Source of the DNA: Escherichia phage vB_Eco_F22
Length of the DNA stretch: 64,000 nt
Direction: 5' to 3' (one strand)
Sequence record: OP870143.1
The notes beneath the pieces are model-generated. The model was not told where the DNA came from, searched no databases, and was given only the letters and a program-made list of their open reading frames with translations. Both the position numbers and the translations under genes were made by a program. Shown here piece after piece: positions 51,216 to 61,497 of this stretch (position 1 is its first letter; every line of letters starts with the position of its first letter).

Positions 51216-51716
51216 CTATTCAAAAAGTTTACGGTCAGCCTGAATTTGTTTACCCAACTCAATTAGTTGGTTGTCACGGAGTCTAACAGTTGCCCGGAGT
51301 TCTTCAACCAAACGTCTGCCTTCTTCAAGACTGTTGTCGAGTCTGGCTGCATGGCTTGCAAGACTTCTGCACTCAAGGGTTCCGGCTTCGGCTTGACGTT
51401 TATATACCGATGCTCGTCTTTCAGACTGTTGCATCCGGCTGTCGTAATCACTGCTAACGCGAGCAAGCTCGCTTGCGTAATTACTCTCAGCCGTCTGCAA
51501 CCGGGAAGTGAGTAACCCGACTTCATAACTATGGTTTCTTTGGAGAGCATTGTATTTGTCCTGTAGTTTTTGTATTGCCTTCAGGTCTTCAACCTTTTGG
51601 ACATCCCACTTCTTTTGAACAGTAGACTGCCCATTGGAATTGCCCCAAAAGTAAATGGTGGCCCCGAGGACCACCACCAGAAGATAAGGCCAACCTTTAG
51701 AGATTAGCATCTTCAT
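51216..51716 (-). CDS. i-spanin (Rz-like)
   Basis: N-terminal TM ([21 protein letters not shown]) then coiled-coil-prone periplasmic domain; last gene of lysis cassette. Confidence 0.5.
   Translation of the reverse strand: MKMLISKGWPYLLVVVLGATIYFWGNSNGQSTVQKKWDVQKVEDLKAIQKLQDKYNALQRNHSYEVGLLTSRLQTAESNYASELARVSSDYDSRMQQSERRASVYKRQAEAGTLECRSLASHAARLDNSLEEGRRLVEELRATVRLRDNQLIELGKQIQADRKLFE
51263..51526 (-). CDS. o-spanin (Rz1-like) embedded in the i-spanin gene in another frame
   Basis: Lipobox [12 protein letters not shown] followed by a Pro-rich short periplasmic domain; fully inside 51216-51737 in the +1 frame. Confidence 0.5.
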   Translation of the reverse strand: MKSGYSLPGCRRLRVITQASLLALAVITTAGCNSLKDEHRYINVKPKPEPLSAEVLQAMQPDSTTVLKKADVWLKNSGQLLDSVTTN

Positions 51717-52332
51717 TACATGCCTCCAGTGGTACATTACCGATTCGGTTAGCTACCCAACCATACGTAAAGTCTGGCATGTTCAATGAGGTGTAGTGGT
51801 TCAGTTGTTTAGCATCAAGCAACTTAATCATTACCTTACATGCTGCAACTTTGCCTCGTTTTTTCTGTAATACTTTATATGCATTAACAGTACCTGCACC
51901 GACTTTACCATCAACTTGTATTTTAGGGTAGTCTTTGCCATCACGGGACATTTCATTAAGAGATTGCTGCAACCATTTAGCTGGTCTGGTTACACCAGTG
52001 TTAACACCAGCATCAACCAGTTTGTGTGTTACAGCAGGAGATATATCAGCGAAAGCTACGAAGTTAGGCTTGAGTACGTAGTCATCAATGTATATCTCAG
52101 CAGCCATCTCTTTCGATAAACCCTTCATGGAACCATTCCAACCATACTCAGTAGCCAGAACTTCTTTATGAGACTTAGCTACCGATTGGGTAATACCATG
52201 ATTAGTTTCCCCACCTGGGTCACGAGGATTGTTTACGTACCCTCCTTCCATATAGAACACTGCCCCCAGAATAGCAGCGACAACTCCTCCCACTGCACCA
52301 CCTTTTGCAGCAAGTTTTTGTTTAGCTTTCAT
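51697..52332 (-). CDS. SAR-endolysin, GH108-type N-acetylmuramidase
   Basis: N-terminal Gly/Ala-rich signal-anchor GGAVGGVVAAILGAVFY followed by EGGYVNNPRDPGGETNHGIT (GH108 hallmark). Confidence 0.75.
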   Translation of the reverse strand: MKAKQKLAAKGGAVGGVVAAILGAVFYMEGGYVNNPRDPGGETNHGITQSVAKSHKEVLATEYGWNGSMKGLSKEMAAEIYIDDYVLKPNFVAFADISPAVTHKLVDAGVNTGVTRPAKWLQQSLNEMSRDGKDYPKIQVDGKVGAGTVNAYKVLQKKRGKVAACKVMIKLLDAKQLNHYTSLNMPDFTYGWVANRIGNVPLEACNEDANL

Positions 52333-52582
52333 GAGAATCTTCCTTTGGATGGAATCGTATTAGTCTGCCCACAATATTTAAAGCAAACAGTGCGATTGTA
52401 ATACTGGAACCATGTGGGATATCTTCAAGGATGTGACGGGGTAGTCCTGTTAGCATTGGTTGGATAATATCTACAGCAGAAAACAGAATTAATCCAAACG
52501 TACTAATCTGAACAGATGCCCACTTCCAGGACTTCTTCCAGTTAGGTACTAGTCCTATCTTTCTTTTTAGCTTGCAAACCAT
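52322..52582 (-). CDS. holin-like two-TM membrane protein
   Basis: Two hydrophobic helices (ISTFGLILFSAV..., ITIALFALNIVG) with charged C-terminus; start chosen at the internal Met downstream of the overlapping gene. Confidence 0.45.
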   Translation of the reverse strand: MVCKLKRKIGLVPNWKKSWKWASVQISTFGLILFSAVDIIQPMLTGLPRHILEDIPHGSSITIALFALNIVGRLIRFHPKEDSHES

Positions 52583-52899
52583 GCGAATATCTCCCGTCTT
52601 GCAGCAGCCAATACACCAATAATTGCACCTGCTCCAGCCCAAACCCACTTACCAAAAATCCCAGCACCGGCAACTTTATGTTTAATGGTGATGAACTCTT
52701 CAATGGTGGGTTCAGACTTAGTGATGCTCTCTTCTACCCGTTTAAGTCGGGTACTAAGGTCGCCCATAGACTCACTTAGCTTTTTAATAGACTCTTCCAT
52801 TTTCTCCCTTTCTCTCGATTCACGAGTTTGGTTTTCGAAAATGTTTCTCAGTCTCTCCTCGAGTCTGGCTAGAGTTACGTTATCTGGTTCATTTCCCAT
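52567..52899 (-). CDS. lysis-associated membrane protein with coiled-coil N-terminus and C-terminal TM
   Basis: Charged coiled-coil segment then GAGIFGKWVWAGAGAIIGVLAAA hydrophobic helix; first gene of the lysis cluster. Confidence 0.4.
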   Translation of the reverse strand: MGNEPDNVTLARLEERLRNIFENQTRESREREKMEESIKKLSESMGDLSTRLKRVEESITKSEPTIEEFITIKHKVAGAGIFGKWVWAGAGAIIGVLAAARREIFAWFAS

Positions 52900-52970
52900 A
52901 GGGACTTTCTCAGGTTAGTTAAGTCGTGATTGACTGAAACAGTCTACATAAAGGATTGTTTGGGATACAA

Positions 52971-53005
52971 CAAAAAAGCCCCCAGACGGGGGCTTTGTTT
53001 TATTT
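52971..53005 (-). terminator. Rho-independent terminator (minus strand) after the tail fibre gene
   Basis: agccccc-agac-gggggct with tttttt on the minus strand. Confidence 0.65.
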
Positions 53006-55259
53006 AGGTGTTATCAGCAACTACCTCAAGTACTCCGTTATTAGAACGAAGGCGTTTGTAAGTACTATCCCCCACATCTCGGAGTATAATCCCTTTGGTA
53101 GCATACATAGTACCGAAACGTCCATCCTTAGAACCAATATCCTGCAAGGAATCTGTTACTGCTGTCATAACCCCTGCAACACGATTAACTTTACGGGCAT
53201 ACCAGACATTTTTGCCAACATCTTTATCCATAGCAACATCGAAGTTAAAGTTTGCAGTATTGGTAGATAAACCATTCATTGCTGCACTAGAAGTATCAAC
53301 AGTAATCTTGAGAGTACCTCCAGTAAGTCCATCAGCAGAAACGTACAACTCTGCATTCTTAAAGTTACGAATGCCACCTAGACCATTGGCAAAGGTAACT
53401 TTAGATGCATCACCATAAACAATTAACCGATTCTCTTTGAATCGTTCTGCGTAAAGACCGAAAGGAGTAGCGTCCTGATCTTCAATATTAATTGTTGCAT
53501 GGTTAGTGTTAATGGTGGGTGGGATACCAAATGTAATAGTATTCCCTTTAAACTCTTTAACTTTGAAATTCAAACGATACTCATCAGCATAATCATTTGC
53601 ATATCTGTTCTGAAGTTCACAATCAATAAAGCTATAACACTCAAAACCCATAGCAGCAGGCCAGCCAGTATCAATAATACTGCCTATGATGGTTGTGCCT
53701 ACAAACTTAATATTACGGGCATTACCAGCATTGGATACAGCACCCTCAGAGTGCATACTATGTAGCACGCCACCCACAACCAGAATATCGTTAACAGTCC
53801 CCGGTACGGATACAGTCTGGAATGCACACTTACCGGTGTTAACAATTTTAGGGTTAATAACACGAATGTTGTAAGGGTTTCCCCCTTCAGCTTCAATATC
53901 AATACCTGCTTCCGGTCCGGTATAATGAGTACCAATCCCACCAGCTTTATTGCCTGAGCGGGTAATTACTGGATTAATGATATCAATGTTAGCTCCACCA
54001 GTCAGGGAGTAGCAGTTGCGCCCACAGGAATCCCAGTAACAGTCTTCAATAACAGTGCGTGGAACAATATCCAAGAAACTGAAGCTACCGGTAGATTGAT
54101 GATATAAGCCATCTACAGGCGAATTAAGGTATTTATGTCGGTAAACACGAGCACCTGCTGACTGGTTAATCCACATGTTATAACAAGGAATCTGATAACC
54201 AGTGTTACCAAACTTACCCCCCCATACAGCAGAGGCTAAGTTACCATCACTGGTCCCACCATTAATTACGACGTTAGGTGCTTTGTACAGTTTAATAAGA
54301 AAACCTTGGTAAGCCATATAGCTATAATCAGGGGTTTCAGCTACAACATCCGGTGCAATAGAACCAGTAACAGGATCAAAAGCCCCTAAACGCATACCGT
54401 CATTAATCTTAAGTGTCCAGTTACTCATCTCCAGTTCGATATTAGCATCCGTCATATGAATGGAGAACCAGCCTTTAGCAGAAGCATCTGTCCAGGCACG
54501 CTGCTCATAGGAAGGTTTATAAGAACCACCCTGACCAGTAGAACCAGTGAGATACTGGGAACCTACTAAACTAGTGCCAGCAGGGAATATCACCTTAACC
54601 GGTTCAGTTACCTGTGTGCTTAAGTATTGACCCAATTCCCAAAGAGCGTCTGCGTTATCAGCAGAGTCAACAGTTACACCAAAATCCGTAGCATAGATTA
54701 CACGTCTACCCATTAAATCCATGTTAGCAGCTACGTTGGTATTAATTGCATTAGGCATACGAACATAGGGAACTTCTTCAGACTTAACTAATGGGCTTAA
54801 CTTACTCCAGGCATCATTAGCTACACCACCTGAGTTTTCTGGTGTAGAGGATGCCGGGACAACTTTAGGGAATGCACCATTCCAAATATAATACTCACCA
54901 TTATGAATCAGTCTTTGGTTTTTAACGGTAAGGGTAGCCCCAGTAGTAAATGAACCGGGAGAGTTAATATACTCCTTACGTTCTACAGCCAGAGCACCTA
55001 AGTCAACATTACCAGCAGAGTGAACTAATACCCCAGCAGGACTAAGACTTACAGCAGTAACACCTGAACCAATATCAGCAGGTAAGGAGTAAGCACGCTG
55101 TGACGCTTTGTCATAGATGACTTTATAACCGCTTAGTACAGCACCAGTAGAGAAGTAAACAACCTCAGATTGCTTAACCCCAAAGTGACGGGCTACTGCT
55201 TGTTTGTTGGTTAAGATTCCAGTTGAACCCTTACCACCTTGTGAAAACATTTCGTTCAT
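53004..55259 (-). CDS. tail fibre / tailspike protein (beta-helix-like)
   Basis: 751 aa rich in Gly/Asn/Thr/Val repeats typical of right-handed beta-helix tailspikes. Confidence 0.6.
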   Translation of the reverse strand: MNEMFSQGGKGSTGILTNKQAVARHFGVKQSEVVYFSTGAVLSGYKVIYDKASQRAYSLPADIGSGVTAVSLSPAGVLVHSAGNVDLGALAVERKEYINSPGSFTTGATLTVKNQRLIHNGEYYIWNGAFPKVVPASSTPENSGGVANDAWSKLSPLVKSEEVPYVRMPNAINTNVAANMDLMGRRVIYATDFGVTVDSADNADALWELGQYLSTQVTEPVKVIFPAGTSLVGSQYLTGSTGQGGSYKPSYEQRAWTDASAKGWFSIHMTDANIELEMSNWTLKINDGMRLGAFDPVTGSIAPDVVAETPDYSYMAYQGFLIKLYKAPNVVINGGTSDGNLASAVWGGKFGNTGYQIPCYNMWINQSAGARVYRHKYLNSPVDGLYHQSTGSFSFLDIVPRTVIEDCYWDSCGRNCYSLTGGANIDIINPVITRSGNKAGGIGTHYTGPEAGIDIEAEGGNPYNIRVINPKIVNTGKCAFQTVSVPGTVNDILVVGGVLHSMHSEGAVSNAGNARNIKFVGTTIIGSIIDTGWPAAMGFECYSFIDCELQNRYANDYADEYRLNFKVKEFKGNTITFGIPPTINTNHATINIEDQDATPFGLYAERFKENRLIVYGDASKVTFANGLGGIRNFKNAELYVSADGLTGGTLKITVDTSSAAMNGLSTNTANFNFDVAMDKDVGKNVWYARKVNRVAGVMTAVTDSLQDIGSKDGRFGTMYATKGIILRDVGDSTYKRLRSNNGVLEVVADNT

Positions 55260-55279
55260 ATAAACCTCATTGTTTTTCT

Positions 55280-55305
55280 ATAAAAGCCCCCTCGGGGGCT
55301 TTCTT
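55280..55305. terminator. intergenic GC hairpin of the AAGCCC family between the two tail genes
   Basis: aaagccccc-tcg-ggggcttt. Confidence 0.45.
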
Positions 55306-58300
55306 TAAAAGAATTGAGAATCAATTGAGTAGGTAATTGTCCCACGTAATTCAGCAGTAGGAGTAATGTCCGATTCTAATAGTGCTGTCGTAGCCTCTTC
55401 AGGCTGTTTAAGTATTTGAATTACATTAGACCCTCTATTCATTACTACAGAAAGTTGTGGGGTTCCTGGTTGCAATCCAGTATATGCACTAATAGTACCA
55501 CTTGCAGCATTCTTAGCAGGGTAGGGCATATTACGTATTTGCATAGCACCCGTTTGACCACCTGCACCATTAAGCTTAATAAAGAACTCTACGGTAACTG
55601 TATTACCTGTTTTAGTGTACTTAATATCTTTAGTAGCACCTCCCACATCTGAGGTTACTGAACCAAAAGTAATAGCTGCAAGGGGAACGTCAGCAGTTTC
55701 ATTCCATGCCTCAAAATTGATGAGGTTGGAATCTCCAGTTACAATATGTATAAACTTGTTGCTGCCAGTATTAACAATAATCTTAGAGCCAGCAGCATTA
55801 GCACTTACCCCAATCTTAGGCAGTTCTCCATTAGAGAAACGTCCATTGTTAAAGACAATATGGTTGTTAGGTCCATGTATCCACATATCCCTGGAGTATG
55901 TAGTTCCATATGCTAAAAAAGTATTAAATATGATAAAGTTATCATTACCTACTGAAATTAAAGGGTTTTGCTCATTTGTTTTAGGCAAGCAATAAAAATC
56001 ATCAACAGTCATATCATTGCCAGAATTAAAATGAGCAGCTACCCCATAACCTGCATCAGTAGCAGATGGTAACTCAGAACCACAACCACTAATGTGAAGT
56101 CCATTGTTATTGTCAAAGTAATAGGCAGTACGCACCGTACCATCAGAAGCACAGCTTTGCATATTACCATATTGATGATTCAGGATACGGTACGCCCCTG
56201 GTGCAACAGAAGGATCTGTTACTTTAGCAAAACAGTTTCTATAGTTAGCGGACGTACCACCCTCATGTAATATCTGACCCCAGGCACTAATATTACTAAT
56301 TTCAGTCATCCACACTTCTTTCATCCAAAGTGCAATTTTGGTTTTTAGAAAACCAAGATGATGCAGTTTAAAATTATGACCTTGTAATATTACTAAACCT
56401 GCTTCGCCCCCAGAGTCATCCCCCTCAAAGGTAATCCCCTCAATTATAGTACCAGCAGGGAAAGAATTTGCTTGGGGTTGATCTGGGTTAACATAACCAA
56501 CTGTATCTACTGTTAATGGCCCTACTGGTGTACCACTACCCATAGAAGAGGTCAGTGTAATGGTATCATTACCAGTCTTTTTAATACGTCTGGTTGAAAT
56601 AGGTATAGACCTACTTTCGGTAAACCTTAAGTCGTGATTACCTATATATGTTTCATACGAATCAAACATATAACCTGTAGATGGTGCTGAGAAACCATTT
56701 CTAATGTTGGCATATGAAATATCCAAAGCACTTTTAACATCCATAGCAGTATTAGTTATGGGTTCTTCATAACCAATGGTTGTTGCACCACCAATTGCTG
56801 CTAATTCTTGTTTATGCTTGGGTACTAAATCTTCCGCTGAATTTGGCACCCCAGAGTCATCCCCCTCAAAGGTAATCCCCTCAATTATAGTACCAGCAGG
56901 GAAAGAATTTGCTTGGGGTTGATCTGGGTTAACATAACCAACTGTATCTACTGTTAATGGCCCTACTGGTGTACCACTACCCATAGAAGAGGTCAGTGTA
57001 ATGGTATCATTACCAGTCTTTTTAATACGTCTGGTTGAAATAGGTATAGACCCACTTTCGGTAAACCTTAAGTCGTGATTACCTATATATGTTTCATACG
57101 AATCAAACATATAACCTGTAGATGGTGCTGAGAAACCATTTCTAATGTTGGCATATGAAATATCCAAAGCACTTTTAACATCCATAGCAGTATTAGTTAT
57201 GGGTTCTTCATAACCAATGGTTGTTGCACCACCAATTGCTGCTAATTCTTGTTTATGCTTGGGTACTAAATCTTCCGCTGAATTTGGCACAGGAGTTAAA
57301 GATACAACTACATTACCAGGCTGGTAAGTTAACTGACCATTACTAACGGATGCAATGTATACATTAGTAGGCAAAGCAGGTAACCCATACGCCTTCTGTT
57401 CACTAACAGAGTAGACAATCTTCTTATCATTTAGGAATTGAGTGGTGTCAGTACTAAGAATTACCTCACTATCCTTAACGTTAGCTGCACGAGCCACTTC
57501 CTGAACAGTATGGTCTACTATTTCAAGTATCTTAGCTTCCCCACCTAACTGGACAATCAAACGATCATTGGTTGCTAATGGTTCAGTAAGAATGATTTGG
57601 TTGTTATCTGCGTCAATTGTATAGGAGTTATTGGCTAACCCTTTGTAGAATCGTAAACCATTTTTATATACAGCTGGTACAGATTGGAAGGTATAGGGGA
57701 TATCAATTACCTGTTCCCCACCTACAGCAGCTCCATGGTTGTACAACCAGTTAAGGGTTACCCAATCGGAAACGTTAGGATTATCTGGGGTTGCAGGAAC
57801 ACCAGTACGCATTACTACTACAAAGTCACCCGATTCCAGTGGCGTAGCGAAGCTAACCTCAAAAGCTACTGGGTCGTACTCAAAATCATATCCCTCAGTC
57901 TGCCAGTCACCATTAACAATCATAAAGGGTGCACCAGCCGTTTCATCCGGGATACGAATGGTAGTCTCACCACCATTAGCAGAACCAGAGTTATAAATCC
58001 ACGGGATGTATCCACCATCATTGGTAGACTCGCCACCATCTCCACCAGTACCTGAAGTAGCTACCTTAACCCATGAACCAGTTGCAGTAACATCATCCGG
58101 GATGACTCCAGTACGATCACCCTCTACGTACAAGTAGTCAGTAACCTGACGGTCACCAGCAGGAGTCTTATCATAGATACGGGCAAAGGTAGCCTTAGTA
58201 GTTAATGCTTTAAGTTCTGCTTCAGACTGTACACCAAGAACCATTCCATACTGGTTCAGGAAGTCGTAGATAAGTTTCAGGTTACCCAAGTTACAGTAGA

Positions 58301-58427
58301 CAGTACGAACCACGTGGTAAGCATTACCAAGCAGTGCATCTACCATCGGGTCATTGGAACTGTTCTGGCAGTAAGGATTGGTCCAATCCTGTTTTGCATC
58401 GAAGGGGGTATGTGCGTTCATCGCCAT
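55305..58427 (-). CDS. large tail appendage/receptor-binding protein with an internal tandem domain duplication
   Basis: 1040 aa; a 147-aa segment (PNSAEDLVPKHKQELAAIGG...ITFEGDDSG) occurs twice in tandem. Confidence 0.6.
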   Translation of the reverse strand: MAMNAHTPFDAKQDWTNPYCQNSSNDPMVDALLGNAYHVVRTVYCNLGNLKLIYDFLNQYGMVLGVQSEAELKALTTKATFARIYDKTPAGDRQVTDYLYVEGDRTGVIPDDVTATGSWVKVATSGTGGDGGESTNDGGYIPWIYNSGSANGGETTIRIPDETAGAPFMIVNGDWQTEGYDFEYDPVAFEVSFATPLESGDFVVVMRTGVPATPDNPNVSDWVTLNWLYNHGAAVGGEQVIDIPYTFQSVPAVYKNGLRFYKGLANNSYTIDADNNQIILTEPLATNDRLIVQLGGEAKILEIVDHTVQEVARAANVKDSEVILSTDTTQFLNDKKIVYSVSEQKAYGLPALPTNVYIASVSNGQLTYQPGNVVVSLTPVPNSAEDLVPKHKQELAAIGGATTIGYEEPITNTAMDVKSALDISYANIRNGFSAPSTGYMFDSYETYIGNHDLRFTESGSIPISTRRIKKTGNDTITLTSSMGSGTPVGPLTVDTVGYVNPDQPQANSFPAGTIIEGITFEGDDSGVPNSAEDLVPKHKQELAAIGGATTIGYEEPITNTAMDVKSALDISYANIRNGFSAPSTGYMFDSYETYIGNHDLRFTESRSIPISTRRIKKTGNDTITLTSSMGSGTPVGPLTVDTVGYVNPDQPQANSFPAGTIIEGITFEGDDSGGEAGLVILQGHNFKLHHLGFLKTKIALWMKEVWMTEISNISAWGQILHEGGTSANYRNCFAKVTDPSVAPGAYRILNHQYGNMQSCASDGTVRTAYYFDNNNGLHISGCGSELPSATDAGYGVAAHFNSGNDMTVDDFYCLPKTNEQNPLISVGNDNFIIFNTFLAYGTTYSRDMWIHGPNNHIVFNNGRFSNGELPKIGVSANAAGSKIIVNTGSNKFIHIVTGDSNLINFEAWNETADVPLAAITFGSVTSDVGGATKDIKYTKTGNTVTVEFFIKLNGAGGQTGAMQIRNMPYPAKNAASGTISAYTGLQPGTPQLSVVMNRGSNVIQILKQPEEATTALLESDITPTAELRGTITYSIDSQFF
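56408..57290. repeat. tandem direct duplication, 2 x 441 bp with a single mismatch
   Basis: Copy 1 ~56408-56848 and copy 2 ~56849-57289 are identical except T at 56612 versus C at 57053. Confidence 0.85.
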
Positions 58428-59128
58428 CCTCGTTGTTCAAATTTAGTTTCGGTAATTGAAATACTTCCATTAGCTAGGTCGTAATCAACAACCTCACCAC
58501 AGATGCTTTCATACGTTTGCAGATATTCTGCTGCTTTAGCGTTAGCTTCCGGGGTATTCAAACCAGTGTGGTAACGGTAACCCACCCAGTTATGAAGTGC
58601 CGTCATTAGCGTATCAGCTAAATCAACTTCCTGTTCTTCATCCCCCGTAAGTACTGGGTGCTTAGCTTGATACGTTACGTTAAGTGCCTCGAAGTGTCGA
58701 GGTCGCATACACTGAATAGTATCAGGCCGTGGGGTGAAAATAGCACGAGGGTCTGAGTCGTCGTTCAGTCTACGTCGATTCCCAGAGTTATCAAACACAT
58801 TTAAGATTTTAATAACATCATCCTGGAAAGGTTTCATGAACCCATCCATGATGTACGGATATTGAACCTCAAGTGTAGGCTTAGTAAATCTGGAGTAAGC
58901 ATATTTGGATTGAAGAGGGTAATCGGTGCGACCTTCCTTCATCTCCACAATGCAGCTATTTGTCTTAAGAGGGAAACGACTATGCAGTCGTACCAGTCCT
59001 TCATTAATAGCTGCCAGTATCTCCGGCTTACTATCTGGTTCAATATCTAATCTGTCATCCGTGACTGCACCAGTACCCTTCAAGGTACTCAGTGCTAAGC
59101 CACGGTATACTTCCGATAATTTCTGCAT
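58418..59128 (-). CDS. virion/tail-associated hypothetical protein
   Basis: 236-aa ORF between terminase and tail genes. Confidence 0.5.
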   Translation of the reverse strand: MQKLSEVYRGLALSTLKGTGAVTDDRLDIEPDSKPEILAAINEGLVRLHSRFPLKTNSCIVEMKEGRTDYPLQSKYAYSRFTKPTLEVQYPYIMDGFMKPFQDDVIKILNVFDNSGNRRRLNDDSDPRAIFTPRPDTIQCMRPRHFEALNVTYQAKHPVLTGDEEQEVDLADTLMTALHNWVGYRYHTGLNTPEANAKAAEYLQTYESICGEVVDYDLANGSISITETKFEQRGWR

Positions 59129-59134
59129 GGTTCC

Positions 59135-60745
59135 TCACACAATGTATGAACGTAGTGGGTTAACACTATCTTCTTCTTCCTCATCCCACATTGGGTCACC
59201 CTTGTTATCCACCAGAGTCATACCTGCTTGTGGTTTCCAAGGATTGAGATAACCCAGCATGGAGATAGTATCAATACAGTCATCCTTACCTTTAATCCCA
59301 TTAATGGTAGCTAGTTTAATCTGGCCCATGAATAAACCCATAATAGTTGTATCTCTCAACTCTTCCGGGAAGTACATCTTACCAGCCTTGAACCAAGGAA
59401 CTACCAGGTTAAAACGTGACAGTTTAGAGGTTACAGGACGGATGCCGGGCTTACCACCCTCAGAGGATGCAAAGTTAAAGAAGACATTACGGTTAATCAT
59501 TTCTTTCTGAAGGAGTGATATGAATCCATTTTGCTGCCCTGTAATTTCGACCCCAACATTTTGTGGTTGGTATTCCTGAACCAGACGGAACAAGTCGTCA
59601 AAGTTCTTATCCATAAGCTGGCGATTAGCCACACCGTCAACCCAGAACCAATCTCCATTAGAACTATAAGCCCAAACTGATATGACACTGTAGTCACTAG
59701 TCTGTTTCTCCGAAGTAGCGAAGTCAGTTGTAATGTAATAGTTATAGCAGGACTTCATCCTCAGTAACTGTTGCCTGCTGTACCATTTAATCTCGCTATC
59801 CTGAACAAGACGTTCATCTTCAGAACTAATACGAAGCATAAGTTCCTGGTAAAAGCCAGCCAGCTTACCAGTCTTAACTGCCATATCGTATTGGGCTTTG
59901 ATGTAGTCATATGAGAAACGGTCATCCCATGCACCCTGAAATTCTTCCCTACTACATGGAAATTTTTCACACACAGGCCATACGTTAACATCCCATGCAC
60001 CGGACTCAACTGCTTCAATAATGATGTCTTCCTTATTAAAAGGAGTACCATTGAAGATTACTTTACGACGTGTCGGGTCAAGAGCATGGTTCACACCTTT
60101 ATAGACAGTATCCTTAATAGCTTCCATGCTTGTTTTAGAGTTAGCATCACCGTCACTAATTAAGTCATCCAGTACACAGAGTGTTGGACGCTTACCATAT
60201 ATCTTCGTACCACGAAGACCGGTCTTAGCACCAAATAACTTAACACCTAGTCGATGTCCTTCTGCATTACGAAACTCTAACAGGTTATCCGTAAAGGTAG
60301 CTTCAGGTATCCACTGCTGAAGGAACTCACTATTCTTGTATCGAAACTCAATGTTCTTACGTGCAGACTTAGCACCGTTATCCATTGAGTCAGATACGTA
60401 AATCATTCCTTCTACCTTACCCAGACTAGGTAAGTGACCAAACACTGCCAAGAATAGAGTAAAGTATTCCATGAACACAGCAGTCTTACCTGCACCACGG
60501 AAGCAAAGGTTAACTACATACTGGTTCGGGGTAATCATCTTATCCAGCATCTTTAGGTGAACTGGGGGTGTTTTGTTAGATTCACCTTCTTTGCCATTAA
60601 CCAACTTAATAAAGTTGGCAAAGGTAAGAGCAAACTGACTAGGAACATAGTTGGATGAATTGAGGTAGGAGTAATCCACCTGGTCTAGCCATTCATCCAG
60701 TTCCTGTTTAAGTAACTCAGACATCTGTAATGTCCTCATCTGCAC
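59135..60745 (-). CDS. terminase large subunit
   Basis: Walker A CFRGAGKTA, Walker B LCVLDDLIS, C-terminal nuclease-like acidic residues; 536 aa. Confidence 0.75.
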   Translation of the reverse strand: MQMRTLQMSELLKQELDEWLDQVDYSYLNSSNYVPSQFALTFANFIKLVNGKEGESNKTPPVHLKMLDKMITPNQYVVNLCFRGAGKTAVFMEYFTLFLAVFGHLPSLGKVEGMIYVSDSMDNGAKSARKNIEFRYKNSEFLQQWIPEATFTDNLLEFRNAEGHRLGVKLFGAKTGLRGTKIYGKRPTLCVLDDLISDGDANSKTSMEAIKDTVYKGVNHALDPTRRKVIFNGTPFNKEDIIIEAVESGAWDVNVWPVCEKFPCSREEFQGAWDDRFSYDYIKAQYDMAVKTGKLAGFYQELMLRISSEDERLVQDSEIKWYSRQQLLRMKSCYNYYITTDFATSEKQTSDYSVISVWAYSSNGDWFWVDGVANRQLMDKNFDDLFRLVQEYQPQNVGVEITGQQNGFISLLQKEMINRNVFFNFASSEGGKPGIRPVTSKLSRFNLVVPWFKAGKMYFPEELRDTTIMGLFMGQIKLATINGIKGKDDCIDTISMLGYLNPWKPQAGMTLVDNKGDPMWDEEEEDSVNPLRSYIV

Positions 60746-61406
60746 GTACTAGTTTAGAACCAGCAATCTCTTTAGTAGGTACACCACTATTGATTGCATT
60801 AATTTGCTGTTCAGCTAATGCAGCAAGTGTTGCCTTGAGGTCAGTCAACCCGGAGTTCTCTCTCAAGTCCAGATTGATATTCGTTACCTGGTCTTTTGGT
60901 TTAGCTAAATGAGTAAGGATAGAGTTAGCTGCATCACATCTTACTTTCTCGCTTGCTGCTGTAGTCATTAGTTCAACCTGAACATTGATTGCCTTCTGAT
61001 AATTGTCTTGGTTCACAATCCACACTGGAACCAAACTTTGTTCCATGATGAGGTTAACTAACTTACCTCTGTGGTAAGCAGATACATAAGCACTGATATC
61101 TTTCTCACTGGTTCCTCGTGCTACAAGTTCTGCTTGTCGGTTAGGGAATGTCTTGAAGTAGGCTTCCTTATTTGAGTAGCCCATGTGTTTGTAAGTCACA
61201 TACTGAACTGCATTCATGTAGTCCTGTGTCTTAAACTTACCTTCCTTCATAACACTAGAGTAAGAGATGAAGTTTTCACGAAATGCCTCAGCAACCAGTT
61301 GGTCTTGGGTTACGTTGTTAATCGTGTCTACCAACTCCTGGCTTACACTGTTCTTGAAGTTAGCAGGTAAGGCATTAATGATCTGCTGCTTAGTTAGCTC
61401 ACTCAT
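60717..61406 (-). CDS. putative terminase small subunit / packaging protein
   Basis: 229-aa ORF immediately upstream of and overlapping the terminase large subunit gene; first gene of the late strand. Confidence 0.4.
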   Translation of the reverse strand: MSELTKQQIINALPANFKNSVSQELVDTINNVTQDQLVAEAFRENFISYSSVMKEGKFKTQDYMNAVQYVTYKHMGYSNKEAYFKTFPNRQAELVARGTSEKDISAYVSAYHRGKLVNLIMEQSLVPVWIVNQDNYQKAINVQVELMTTAASEKVRCDAANSILTHLAKPKDQVTNINLDLRENSGLTDLKATLAALAEQQINAINSGVPTKEIAGSKLVRADEDITDV

Positions 61407-61468
61407 ACTTATCTCTCTACAAAGTTATGTCTATTAACGAAGATTCTTTTCTTGGGGTGAGATACCCC

Positions 61469-61497
61469 TTGAAGAAACTCTATCACACAGTTACACT
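61469..61497 (+). promoter_or_regulatory. candidate sigma70-like promoter in the divergent intergenic region
   Basis: ttgaag - 17 nt - tacact, about 80 nt upstream of the first array gene. Confidence 0.2.
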
